Shown here: piece by piece, positions 13,477 to 25,823 of the stretch
Layout of the letters: each line of letters starts with the position of its first letter
How positions within the stretch are numbered: the stretch's first letter is position 1
Notes under the pieces: generated by a model
Database searches by the model: none
Told to the model about the DNA's origin: nothing
The model's input: only the letters and a program-made list of their open reading frames with translations
Translations under genes and position numbers: made by a program
Assembly: GCA_040437565.1 (NCBI GenBank)
Contig: JBDOQK010000043.1
Location: forward strand, 248,001-312,000
Direction: 5' to 3'
Source: Albugo candida
Lineage: Eukaryota
DNA length: 64,000 nucleotides

Positions 13477-14045
13477 TCGGAATCGTGGTGACTTCGTTAC
13501 CAACTTGGATCGTAACCTTTATGTGACCTATATCAAGTGAGCCTTCTAATCTGATCTCGCTATCTGACATCTCCTCTATTGTAGACTGAATTCCATTCAC
13601 TGATTCTCTTGATATTGTTGATTCAAAAAGTGCATAGGACCATCATTCTTCAAACATGTAAATGCATATAATCCTCTTGCATAATCAGCGAAAGCATGGA
13701 AGTCGAACCTTGATCAAGCGAAAGATGGCCTCGGTGTCCAGTGACATAATCATGAGATCTAGTCATGGGACCTAAGCATGGGATGGATATCGGACCCATC
13801 AATCCCTCAACAAGTCTCGACTGCCAAGCTTTTGTTGAATACACGAGAGGATTATATGTATTTACATGTTTGAAGAGTGATGGTCCTATGCACTTTTTGA
13901 ATCAACAATATCAAGAGAATCGGTGAATGGAATTCAGTCTACAATAGAGGAGATGTCAGATAGCGAGATCAGATTAGAAGGCTCACTTGATATAGGTCAC
14001 ATAAGGTTACGATCCAAGTTGGTAACGAAGTCACCTTGATTCCGA
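13477..14045. repeat. Fold-back inverted repeat (~570 bp) derived from the pepsin-like pseudo-protease gene
   Basis: 13477-13678 is the near-perfect reverse complement of 13846-14045. Imperfect pairing continues to a centre near 13760. The arms encode KVTIQVGNEVTLIP-like sequence. Confidence 0.9.
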
Positions 14046-14420
14046 ATAGCGAATTTTACGCACTATACCATTTTCGAAAAATAGTACGCAACTCGAGATT
14101 AGAGAATATCGCTATCGAGGAGGATGTGCATCACTCGTCATGTTCAACAAGAGTTGGCAATTACCTTTGTCCGGTCCGCTTACCTCTGTATGCACCATCT
14201 GAATGTTCGATTCGTATATATTCCATCTCAATTGTTTGTCAGTAATGGTGACACTGTACAGTTCGTATTGCAATTTAAGGAATGATGATTATATTGGATA
14301 CTGGAATATTATGTTCAAATAATAAAATTAAAACGAATAATGTACATTTGTATCTGTTCCTGAAAGATGATACGATGAACACTAAAGGAATGAAAATGAT
14401 CAACAATGTAGCATGCCAAG
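13770..14420 (+). pseudogene. Pepsin-like pseudo-protease pseudogene fragment
   Basis: Matches 53063-53780 (GNEVTLIP, RYRGGC, NGDTCT, YLFLKDD). Contains stops and frameshifts. Confidence 0.7.
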
Positions 14421-16065
14421 GCTTAACGGAAGAGATACACTTAGTCACCCCACATTCAAAACAATCGGAGAAACTATTAGCCGTGCGTGGGCAATACGCT
14501 CCGGTATCACTCGAATGCTGAGTCAATATGTGTGAAGCCAAATACAGAGAAGTTGTGTCTGCTTCTGAGACTCAGCAAACGCTGCTAGCTCTACCGTTTT
14601 GTAAAGTCGACTTCTGCTTGATTGAAAATTGAGAGTATTCGCTGCACAAGAACAGAACAACAAGACAATTACGTTCGAGCGCAAAATAATTTGTGATCGC
14701 CCAGTCAGTCATTCGCTGAAATCGTTAGACGATGTATAAGAAGCACTATCAAAATGAGGATGAATTAGAAAGGTTTTAGTCACTTTCAAGAGCGATCAAA
14801 GAATGCTTTTGTGGCTGTTAGCTCACGCCAAGCGCTCACCTCATAAGCTGGGTGCGGCATGACCGAAACAGATGCTGAAACTTGAAATGTTCAAGAGGTA
14901 TTACATCGAATGAGCAAGACGAAACAAACAAATGCCATCGATTTTACCGATAGCGCATTAGCTGCAAGTTCGTCCAGCACGATTTCATCAGATTGATCAT
15001 TGCAATAGAAAGCCAGATTTGCGGCAAGCCCCCTGTCTGAAGAAGTGGGACCATGTTGAAAAGCATCACTTTCTTGAATTCTGCAAAGTGAACATTGTGT
15101 GAACATGCTTGATTGCCCAACCACAAATTTATCGTCAAGAACGAGTATGACCGTCAAAAATGACAATTTCTTCCACACATGGCGCTCTCCCGCAAATTTA
15201 TTGCTGTGAAAATCCATGTGAACAATCGCCCATGTTGAAGTAAACTTCTACTTCGGTCAAAGTTGACTGTCGGCATCAAATCCTTCCAAGTAGGTCTCCT
15301 GTAGCTTGATATTTCTACAATCCTATGTGTATGTTATGAAGAACTTGATCAGCGACGAAGAGTACGCGCCAAAACTCCTGAGGGTCTCCATGGCAAACGA
15401 TTAAAAGCGAGCGAGACTTTTTCGTCTAGTCTCTATCAAGATAACGTCGGACGAACCAGCATTATTCAAAACTGACATCCATGAAATACTTGACGTCGCA
15501 GAGCTTGCAATTAGTAGCACGTTGACAAGCTTGCCCGTATAAGGAGCTTATCAGTTCATATCTTTTGATCATTACTGTACATTTATGATCAGTAGAATTG
15601 ATATACGCATGCGCCAGCTATTGCGGCTCCGTTCAGAACAAACTGCAATGGCTTCAGCAATATATAAACGGGTAATATAACGCTTTGCTATTTAACCACA
15701 AGGGCAGTCGCCGGTCGCGTCGTTTCGAACGCGATAGAGGCTTGCCGACCACTAGAAAGGTCCCGCGATTTGAACAAGAGAACAAAGAGAAAACAACTTC
15801 CATCTATTTTTACGTGCATGTTTGTAACGGTACTAAGCTTTCAGCTAGTGGTAATGCATCGCGAATGAGAGCAGAGGACGTTGATCAACCGTGATTGCAA
15901 CACTACAAAGAGTGAGAACACGAAGAAAGTTACTTCTATTCTCAGCATTACATAGGGAAGTTTGCATTGTTTTATGGTATAGGGAAGAATAATATGTGAA
16001 CTGCTTTGTTCTGACTTCCTATCAGAGAAGTAAGAACTCCACTTGCGACGGATCGAATTCATATC

Positions 16066-16078
16066 TCATTCTTCAAAT
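16066..16078 (+). promoter_or_regulatory. Oomycete Inr/FPR core promoter motif
   Basis: TCATTCTTCAAAT about 60 bp upstream of the elicitin-like ATG. Conserved at 25760 and 43662. Confidence 0.6.
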
Positions 16079-16129
16079 CGACTTGATCTTCACAGCCATC
16101 TTCTGTACGAAATCGCTCTTTCATCAAAA

Positions 16130-16831
16130 ATGAAGACTACTACTTTTTCCCTCATCTCTGCTACCCTTGCTTTGTACACTGCTGGACAAGACGCTCCATC
16201 GAATGCGACCATAATGAACACTGCTTCCAACACGGATGACGATTCATCCAACAACATGAACACTCCTTCTAACAACATGCCGAACAACATGCCGAACAAC
16301 ATGCCGAGCAACATCATGCGACCTGTGGCTAACAATGAGATGACGATTGTATCCCCCAGTCCAATGAACACTGATCGACCAATGTGCAATGACACTGTTA
16401 CTAAAATGGCAATCAAACAGTGGACGGATGTGAAATGGATCACATCATGTTCCAAAGCAGTTTTAATGCCCATCAAAAGCATTAATGACGTTGCAAAACT
16501 CTCCACTGAGAATATGCAGAAAATGTGTTTATCTTCGGAATGTATGAAACCATTCTCGGATATGGCATCGTCAAATGTGTACAAGAACTGTGATGTCATG
16601 TATGATGGAAAAAAGCAAAATCTTGCCGTTGAAGCTGGAAAAATGTCTGATATGTGCAAAAAAGACGATAAAGATGAGAAGCTTTCAGGAAGCACTGATA
16701 ATTCAGGCGATGCAGAACCCAAAGAATCTGTGGCTGATCCTACCGTCAAGGATGAAAAGTCCAGCGCCGCATTCCACTCATTCAGCGCAGTCTGTATCGC
16801 TGTTACTTTCTTCGTATTAGCTTCGTACTAG
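16130..16831 (+). CDS. GPI-anchored elicitin-like protein (ELL), copy 1
   Basis: Signal peptide MKTTTFSLISATLALYTAG, Asn/Met/Pro-rich linker, six-Cys elicitin-like domain, acidic/Ser spacer, and SSA omega-like site with a hydrophobic C-terminal tail. Confidence 0.8.
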   Translation: MKTTTFSLISATLALYTAGQDAPSNATIMNTASNTDDDSSNNMNTPSNNMPNNMPNNMPSNIMRPVANNEMTIVSPSPMNTDRPMCNDTVTKMAIKQWTDVKWITSCSKAVLMPIKSINDVAKLSTENMQKMCLSSECMKPFSDMASSNVYKNCDVMYDGKKQNLAVEAGKMSDMCKKDDKDEKLSGSTDNSGDAEPKESVADPTVKDEKSSAAFHSFSAVCIAVTFFVLASY

Positions 16832-16899
16832 GAATAAAGGTATTGTAGATTGTATACTCCAATATCATTCATATACATTACATTGATTTCCTGTTCAAA

Positions 16900-17130
16900 A
16901 TATCTTACTCATTGCATTCTATCCCTGCTATATCCGCAATTGGCTCATCGAAAGCCTAAAAAAGAGTGAATTTTGGTCAATGCCAGCCGAAAGATAAAAA
17001 TAGTCGTGCAAAACCTGGAAAGTATGCTGACTCCCCAATATTCACGTTTGTGCAATCTATTTCTGACATCGATAAGAAAGTTGGTTTCAGATCCAGGAAT
17101 CAAGCTTTGACCCGAAAGCGTTGCTCCACG
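16900..17130 (-). pseudogene. Probable 5' stub of a CCG effector
   Basis: The upstream region 17200-17450 resembles the CCG/gene X intergenic region at 2480-2650 and 59580-59800. Decayed CQK-..G-like codons. Paralog at 26570-26787. Confidence 0.35.
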
Positions 17131-18529
17131 AGGGCTTTAATTATACTTTTCGGCATTGATAAATAGAACCTATTCTTCGATCTTTAGATGAAGCTTACAT
17201 AGATGCAGAATCCACTTCCTTGTCCCGGTGCAATATACATCTTTTTGTACAAAGTGGAAGATTTTACAGTTTTACAAAGAAATTGTTGGGCATATCGAAT
17301 GCATCGAATTCTAAGAAAAAGGGCAGCTTCAAGAGCATCCACAACCATACCATGTATCTGTGAGTAGAAACCGCACTTGACAGCTTACAACATCGTAATA
17401 GCTATAGCTTAAACTCTTCACCAACTCTCGGAACAAGCTCTATTTGATCCCATTTTTTTTTAGAGAAAGTTTGAGGATTAAAAACTCTACAATTCTTTCA
17501 CTGGTTATCAATCTACTATTTCTTCTTGAAAGACTTTTTCCAAACTGCTGGTGCTAATGTTCCAGAACACAACTCAACACAGTGATGTCAATGTGTTCGG
17601 AAGGATAGTAATACTAAGCAGGAAACACTAGAATCGAATTATGAGCTCTCAAGTCCTGAAATCGTGTTCGCTTCCAAATTTTCAAAGAAAAAAAGACATC
17701 CACTCCACTTTTGCCCATAAACTTGACTAATCTTTTGGATAATACTTTGGCCCATTTATAGGAGGAGAAACGCAATCGTTCAGTGCTCCATCGTTTGACC
17801 ACCTACGCAACAAAGGATTAAGCGAGGAGAATCATTTCCAGCACCATCATCTCCAAGCACAAATTGAAAGAATACCAATGACTTAACCCGACCTTCCAAT
17901 CAAGAGGATGTAGCACACGAAAGTGATCTTTACGCTACGCCAAACAACAATCACCTGATTGGTTCTATCAACAAGCTCCGATGGCGCAATTGGCTTAACT
18001 CTGCATAAATAAAGCAGACAATGAATCAGCCTAGACGCAATTTCTTTTTTTTTATTTCGCTCGCTTTGAAGCGCCTTGCCATTCAAGCCCTCAGTAATGT
18101 TTGGCCCCCGAATATGATCGTGTATGCATGACGACATGATCAGCGATATGACAGTCATATTCGGTCATGACGATAGAATTGTAATTGAGTTATAAAGTGT
18201 GTTTGCACAATGTTTCGTCGAAAGAAGCGCTTGCAAGATTGTGCCAGTTATCGAAAGTGGACTTCACGCCATAAGATTTCGCTGGTGCAATGATCACATC
18301 CGATGTGCTCACCGTAATCGGTCCTAGGACCAGCTTCGCATTAAACTCGTGCTGATCAAGCTGGGTCACCTTGCAGCCGAATCGCGATCGGTAAAATGGA
18401 TGTTGCGTTCTTTTTCCGGTCATGCGTCGTGCTCATTTCGATGGAATTACTTGGTGATTTTCAATTCTCAGCATCTGTTTCGGTGTAGTCGTACCATTTT
18501 GAAGAGAGCCCTCAGCGTCTCCATTATTG

Positions 18530-18790
18530 CATTGGCCTCAACGGCATTTACCACTTTCTCATCCTTCCTCATTGTCGCTGTTACTACTTATACAGCGTGC
18601 GACGCTTTGCTTTTTGCGTGTGGTCGGTTTGGCGATCACACACCAATTGCGCGCTCGATCTGAATCACTTTGGTGTTTTGTTGATGTGATATGTGGCAAT
18701 CACAAGCAAGTCGTTATGATTCGAGCGTTGCGTGATCAATATCAGACATGTGCTTTTACGCTTACAAAAGGTCATCGATCGATCAAATGG
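18530..18790 (+). pseudogene. Small secreted Cys protein pseudogene
   Basis: FLIVAVTTYTACDALLFACG matches 32788-33054. Premature TGA at 18661. Confidence 0.6.
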
Positions 18791-19059
18791 CAAAAAAGCT
18801 CATGGTATTCGTCGGTTCTAGAGAATGCTCGCTACTCTTAGTTCACACCCAGTATTCGAGTGACCCAAGCTGACACGTATTGTGAACGCGTGGCCATTAG
18901 CCACGCCGATTGTTTGAATGATTTTTGTCAGAACAGGTTGTACACATTACGACAAGCCGGGATAGTTTAGTCTATGACGTCACATCATGGATCTTTATAT
19001 CGCAATGGTTTCGACATTGACTGTCTAGTGCTCGCTTATTTTGATTTATAAATCGACTA

Positions 19060-19790
19060 AAAGCATGCATTGATAAAAGAACTCGTCGAATCCAGTGTGT
19101 GATGACTTCCTATCTCACGTTCGCTCAGTCTTGTTAATATCGTTTTTCTTCGACAGGTTCTCTTCACTTGCGTGCTACATCTTTGATCCCTCCAGTTCCT
19201 CGCTCATGATCAATTTGTTATCATGATCTTTGCTGAATAGATACCGATGTACACCATTTTTTGCTACAATATATCAGGCTGATAACTCCTGAATATCGAT
19301 GACCCCAGTATCCATTCATTATCATCTTTCTTTGAATCTTCAGTGAGAAGAATACAGGTGTCACCCTCTCTGTAAAATGATCGAGCTGTAATATGAATTA
19401 GTTCCAATTTTTCATGAAAAATGATCAAGCTGGCCAAATCAATATAAGGTGTCGAACTTTTAATAAACTTGACGAGTGCGCGCAGTCTGCTTGATAACGA
19501 CCATTTTCTAATTTTATGTTGGGTACATATTCCTTTCAAAAGATCCAAAACAATTTGAATTGGCTACTCGGAATCAAGTTACTTCGTTTCAAAGCTGGAT
19601 TGTAACATTTTGATCCGTATGCTTTGATCCTCCAAAATGGATTTCGACGTCCAAATCCTCTATCACAAGCCAACTCTTGCATTGCTCTGGTTCAAATGCC
19701 ACAACAGGTACTTGGAAAATAGGAACATGATTCATCACCCATCTAAATGAAAAAGGTCCTAGACCTTTATTGCGCCCAAAAACAATCCAA
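19060..19790 (-). pseudogene. Pepsin-like pseudo-protease pseudogene
   Basis: GDTCILLTEDSKKDDNEWILGSSIFRSYQ matches 53063-53749. Frameshifted. Confidence 0.8.
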
Positions 19791-19799
19791 GGTTAAGAC

Positions 19800-22700
19800 G
19801 TGTCTCCGGAGAAAGTATACCTTCTTGCTCTCAACAAGCAAGTTCAAAGAACACCACTTCATCTTCCAGCCAAAGCGCATAAATCTTGAAATACAGTATT
19901 TTATTCGGTTTGGTTGCACGCAGCGTGTCATCATAAGGTCTTGGACACATTTCTCCATTCGCCACAAACCGATGTGGTAATTTCTTAACAAAAACATTGC
20001 ACATCTGACTTCATTGTCGTCGATACGACATTTTCTGAATCTATATAGGGTTTTGTAGCCATCCCATGATGGCCTGCTGAGCCAGCATGAGTAAGGAATC
20101 ATAGCGCCTCTTTTATAAGTTGATAGCTGCATTAAGTATCCACATACATTTTTTTGTATCAATCCATATCGATCTTTCGATATTCTTTGTCAGATCCCAA
20201 TGTATCTGTTTTGTGGAGCTCTCCTTTCTGTGATTCGCTAGTTTCATCCAAGGAAGGCTTTCGAAATGCTTATTTTACAGCGGCAGATGCTTTTGCACCG
20301 TTGCTAATGAATAGCACGTCGGTGCTTCCCGCTTAATAACTTCATGTTTAGTACTCACATTGTGGTATTAAAGCCATCCTAAGCTAAGCCCACTTGACAC
20401 ATGCTCCCACGTATATCTTACCATTATTAACTATGACTCAACTTTGTAGTTTGCTCCCTTTATATCGAGAAATAGTATCATAAACACTATACTTATCGAA
20501 AATGAACAGCCAAGTACGATGGGTGATGAATATATGACATCCCTTTTCTCTCAACAATAGGTACTTCAATAGCTTTAATGTGTTCCCGATCGCGTGTGCG
20601 TCTTCCTTAATCCTTGCTTACCTCAACATTTTTTTTTTGACGATCCGCTTAGAAATGTTGATGGGAAATGATTTTGCTCTGGCCTTTGAATTGGGATATT
20701 TCTCAGAGCCAGCCGCGTAAGCATAGCGCCCTGTTGATCTTGCGATGCATCCGTGCACATGCACGTACCTTTTGCATGAATCATGAGTAACATTGCTAAT
20801 AGTGCGTCTTGTACTTTTTTTGGACATTTGACTTGCTGCATGTGGCCTTCCAAGAACCTTCAGAAGGTTTCGATTATTTATACTTCCGGCAGATTTGGTC
20901 ACACTACCAACAACCTCGTGCAGATTGTGTACCATTGAAGTGTAATTGGTCTGCTGTTACGCTCACAGCACATAGACTATGCTTAAGTTCAGCCGCAGTA
21001 TACGGGCATTTCGAGTCAGCAAAGTCACCGGAAACGACTCAGCAATGACTCATCCTTTCTTTTAATACTTCTTCCAGCACCATAATTTGAGATGATCTGT
21101 GTATTTTGCTTCACGTCGTAGTCCATGCACTGCTGTAGGACTACGTCCAATGTCTCCAAAAGTCTAGATTTCCTCGGTATACCCGAGAACATCATCTATC
21201 CTACTTTTAATCAGTTTTCCCAGTCTCTTTCATAACTTGTGAAGCCACGGATTGTGCGCAATCCACTGCATGATTGATCTCACGATCACTCAACCCCTGT
21301 TAAATACTCTTGATGGTCTCAGAAAGATGTAGTTGCCAATATAAACGCAAACAATCTAGTGCAAAATAACACGTTGATCCTGCCAATCGAGCCAAGACTA
21401 CCTCCAGACGCGGCATTGGACACGTCATAGTTGCTGTTACGGCATCGATAGCACGGAAATCCACTGTGCCATACTTACCGACTTATTTTGCCGAAATTCG
21501 AGACGCACTTCCGAATTACGAATTTAGCTTTTTTTTTAACAGCTTGTGGTATGCTACTCCGATGGAAGATTCTCCGAATAATCCTTGTGCGCAAACATGG
21601 GTATCGTATAGGCTTTGCCCAGATGGGACTTGATCCTTCATCTGGTTTCACTTCGACAGCAGTGTCTATCACTGGAGAGTCCGCTGCAGCTCTCTCAGAC
21701 GTTCAGACGACTTCGGCTCTGCGCCTGGTCCATCAACTCTTCTTCCAATACTAGCCATATTCTCGTGAAACGTTCTCCATAGCCTTGCAGGAAATTTCAC
21801 GCAAGCGTTCAAATCCTTGTGCCCTTACGCGCATTCCCTTATGAATATCCTATTGCTCTATCAAATGTCTGTGTAATATTAGGGATAAGGATTCATCCTC
21901 TACATTTACCAGCACTCCAAGATTTTTCCATAAATGTGGTCTACCATTAGCTTCTAACTTAACGTAATCCATTAGTACCTTTCTTCTCACCCATAGCAGT
22001 GCAATATGCAAGTTACTTAAAGTCATGGGCCTATTCACCTTTTATACTGTTTTTAAAGAAAGCATATTTGTCAAACCCGCTGATACGATGCGGGCTATCA
22101 GAGCCTGGATCCAATAGCGTTCTTGAAAATCAATTCCGTCCACCTCAGACACGGTGTTTCCACACCCCTATGCTTTATTTACCCGTAATGCAGCTTTCAT
22201 TTCTATACGGGCAATCTCCGCTGCTTCTCTTGTCCCGGTGAAAATGACGAACAATTCCGAGGTCAGTCTTGAGCACTATCACTCTTCAGGCACTTGAACC
22301 TTTGTTTCCCGCTTGTATCAGAAAAATAGGCCCTCTCGTTCTTGACTTCTGTATATATTTCTTCATTGCATTTTCTTATTTTGGCTTGCCTCGCTGAAAA
22401 TATTTCTCTGCTCGGTACCTCCTCTTATCGCTTTCGGCTACACTCAATGAGCAGATTCTGGCACCACTTGCAAACTATCACCGAATGTCTTCTTCCTCTT
22501 CCATAAAAGTCCATCTCTAACTTTGAACGCTGGTGAATCCAATGCGTCAACCATCCACTTGACGTTTTTCAATTCTCTTGCTCCACGTACCTCTGTATAC
22601 CGTGCTAATTTGTGTTTGTAAAATTGGTTCCTCAACCGAGAATTTCTCGATCCGACACCAGTAAATGTTGAACCAATCATTGTACAGCGTATTTCTGCGT

Positions 22701-23630
22701 CGATTGTTGCCAATTTCACGCAATCGGGGTGTTCGTTTTCTCGAAAGGAAGTAATTCAATGTTGGCTGGTGATGTCCTCAGGATCCTTTCTTTCGAATCT
22801 TTTGATCTGATACCTTTGCCAAACGTCCATGCGGGATGATACCGGCATTACAAAAAATTGTTCATGCACGTTTCATAGGTGAGCAGCGTGTTGTGACATT
22901 TTCTGTATAATTTTGATTCTTGGACGTTTAAAATGGGTGCCGTGGAAGGTGACGCACGCTTTTTATCTGGCTGTGCCGAGACCGTCACCCCTATGATGGA
23001 GTCTGCCATCCTTCGGACACGCTGTTCGGTCGCGAACGGTCCTGACATATCAACTGCTCAACGCACGTATTCGTCGTATTCTTCTGCTTCTAGTGCGATA
23101 CGCTTAAGTTTCTCGTGCGCGTCTTCATTTGTATTCATGTACTTCGCAAGTAACCAGTTTCTTTTCTGAATCAAACTTCTTTTAAAGAAAACAAGCAGCG
23201 AACTCAACNNNNNNNNNNNNNNNNNNNNNNNNNNNNNNNNNNNNNNNNNNNNNNNNNNNNNNNNNNNNNNNNNNNNNNNNNNNNNNNNNNNNNNNNNNNN
23301 NNNNNNNNGATCCAGTACCTTTGCAAGCCGAATGCGTTCCTCTTGGTCGTAACACTGTCTTCGAAAGTACCGAACGTGCGCACTAAACGTGGTGTAAATG
23401 ACGGAAAGTGCTGGAACTGTCGGAGTTGCTGATCGTTGATCGAACAAACGACGATTCCGATCTGCCCAGAAGAACTGCAGTGTCACCGCTTGCAATGCAA
23501 GCCATAAATCTAAGATAATTGCTAAATAATCTTTCCAATTCGACCGTAGTGTGTCCTCCCTACACAACCGCCCACGACTTCGGGGATGTTCGACTCTTAT
23601 AAATCCAAATATAGAGTGTATCGGTACTAC
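19800..23630 (-). mobile_element. Degenerate Ty3/Gypsy remnant, paralog of 8600-13455
   Basis: Colinear similarity from ~19890 onward with 8610 onward. Same RT and integrase remnants. Confidence 0.7.
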
Positions 23631-23660
23631 TTAAAAAGACACGTGGGCTCCCCTGTTACA

Positions 23661-24227
23661 CGGAATCGAGGTGACTTCGTTACCAAGTTGGAGCGTAAGC
23701 TTTGTGTGACCTATATCAAGTGAGCCTCCTAATCTGAACTCGCTATCTGATAACTCCTCCATCGTAGACCAAATTTCATTCACCGATTATCTTGATACTG
23801 TTGATTCAAAAAGTGCATAGGACCATCATTCTTCAAACATGTAAATACATATAATTCCCTTGTATAATCAACGAAAGCTTGGAAGTCGAGACTTGTATAA
23901 GTGAGTGATGGCCTCGGTATCCAGTGATCTAATCATGGGATCTAATCATGGGACCTAATGATGGGATGGATATCGCACCCATCAATCCATTAAACCAGTC
24001 TCGACTCCCAAGATTTTGTTGAAGGCACAAGAGGATTATATGCATTTACATGTTTGAAGAGTGATGGTCGTATGCATTTTTGAATAAATAAACTAAAGAG
24101 AATCGGTGAATGGACTTCGGTCCAAGATAGAGGAGTTATCAGATAGCGAAATCAATCAAGAGGTTCACTTGATATAGGTCACATAAAGGTTACGATCCAA
24201 GTTGGTAACGAAATCACCTTGATTCCG
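23661..24227. repeat. Second copy of the fold-back inverted repeat of the pseudo-protease gene
   Basis: 23661-~23900 is the reverse complement of ~23995-24227. Paralog of 13477-14045. The + strand pseudogene continues to ~24600. Confidence 0.85.
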
Positions 24228-25110
24228 AGTAGCGAATTTTACGCACTGGACCATTTTCGAAAAAAAGTACGCAACTCGAGGTTAGAGAATGTCGCTATCG
24301 AGGAGGATGTGCATCACTCATCAGATTCAACAAGAGTTGGCAATTACCTTTGCCCGATCCGCTTACTTTCTGTGTGCGCCATCTGAATATTCGGTTGGTA
24401 TATATTCATCTTAATTGGTTTTCAGTAATGGTGACACTGTACACTTCTTATTGAAAACTCAAGGAATGATGATTATATTGGTACTGGAATCTTAAGTTCA
24501 AATAATACAACTAAAATGATCATGTACATTTGTATCTATTCCTGAAGATGATACGATGATACGATGGACACTAAAGGAATGAAAATGATCAACAATGCAG
24601 CGTGCCAAGGCTTACGGAAGAGATAGGCTTATCTTATGTTTTAACTTAAGTCATGCCCTTAATAATCGAGTAACCAGATAGCTAATGTTTTGATATGTTT
24701 CGATTCCAGGCACTCTAATATGTCGTCATAGTTTTAGCTGTCTAGATTCGTCTATGCATAAAACCTGATCTAGTAAGCCATTCAGAACAATCGTAGAAGC
24801 TAATACACTGTAGCCGTGCGTGGACAATACTCGCCGCTATCACTCCAATGCTGAGTCAATATGTGTGAAGCCAAATGCTGAGAAGTTGTTTCTGCTTCTG
24901 AGACTCACAAAACTCTGCTAGATCTACTTTTTTGTAAAGTCGACTCCCGCTTGGTTAAAAATTGCGAGCATCCTCTGCATCCAACACATACAGTGTGACC
25001 TCGCAACAGTCGAGTGATGTAGACTTGCTTGTCATTGCACGCGAAAAGAAAATCCATGATGTAACGATCCTGTGAGCTCTTCTATGCTCATAACACGGCC
25101 ACAAGAACAG

Positions 25111-25158
25111 ACAACAGAACAACAGAACAACAGAACAACAGAACAACAGAACAACAGA
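25111..25158 (+). repeat. (ACAACAGA)6 tandem repeat
   Basis: Six perfect 8-mers. The paralogous site near 14650 has only about one unit. Confidence 0.95.
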
Positions 25159-25823
25159 GCAGCAAGACAATTGAGTTCGAGGGCAAAATCAATTTTTGAT
25201 CACCCAGCCAGCCATGCTCTGAAAGCGTTGGACGATGTATAAAGAAGCACTATTAACAATGAGGATGAATTATTGAGTTTATAGTCACTTTCGAGAACGG
25301 TCAAAAGATGCTTTTGTGGCTTTTAGCTCAGGCCAAGCGCTCACCTCATAAGGATGAGTGCGGCATGACCGAAACAGATTCTGAAACTTGAACTGTTAAG
25401 AGATATTTACATCGAATGAGCAAGTTCTCTGACGAAACAAACAAACGCCATCGATTCTACCGATCGCGCATCAGCTGCAAGTTGGTACAGCACGAANNNN
25501 NNNNNNNNNNNNNNNNNNNNNNNNNNNNNNNNNNNNNNNNNNNNNNNNNNNNNNNNNNNNNNNNNNNNNNNNNNNNNNNNNNNNNNNNNNNNNNNNCTAT
25601 AGAGAGTAAGAACATGAAGAAAGTTACTTCTGTTCTCAGCATTACAGACCGAAGTTTGCATTGTTTTATGGTAAAGAGAAGAACCATATGCGAACTGCTT
25701 TGTTCTGACTTCCTATCAGAGGAGTAAGAACTTCACTTGCGACGGATCGAACTTATATCTCACTCTTCAAATCGACTTGATCTTCACTGCCATCTTCTGT
25801 ACGAATTCGATCTTTCATCAAAA

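Noticed and set aside
14891-15217. 108 aa ORF with a CxxC
   Set aside because: No signal peptide or recognisable family. The paralogous region is partly in a gap and the frame is not clearly conserved.
16043-16129. N-terminal extensions from the ORF track (elicitins, Fes1 48230, ORC6 44692, RPS8 51141, SPX-EXS 48111, Pol5 56210)
   Set aside because: They use non-ATG starts, run through the promoter motif or lie in an intron. Downstream ATGs give family-typical N-termini.
16090-16749. Long antisense ORFs over the elicitin-like genes (also 25784-26407 and 43686-44132)
   Set aside because: Shadow ORFs of biased, repetitive coding sequence with no independent features.
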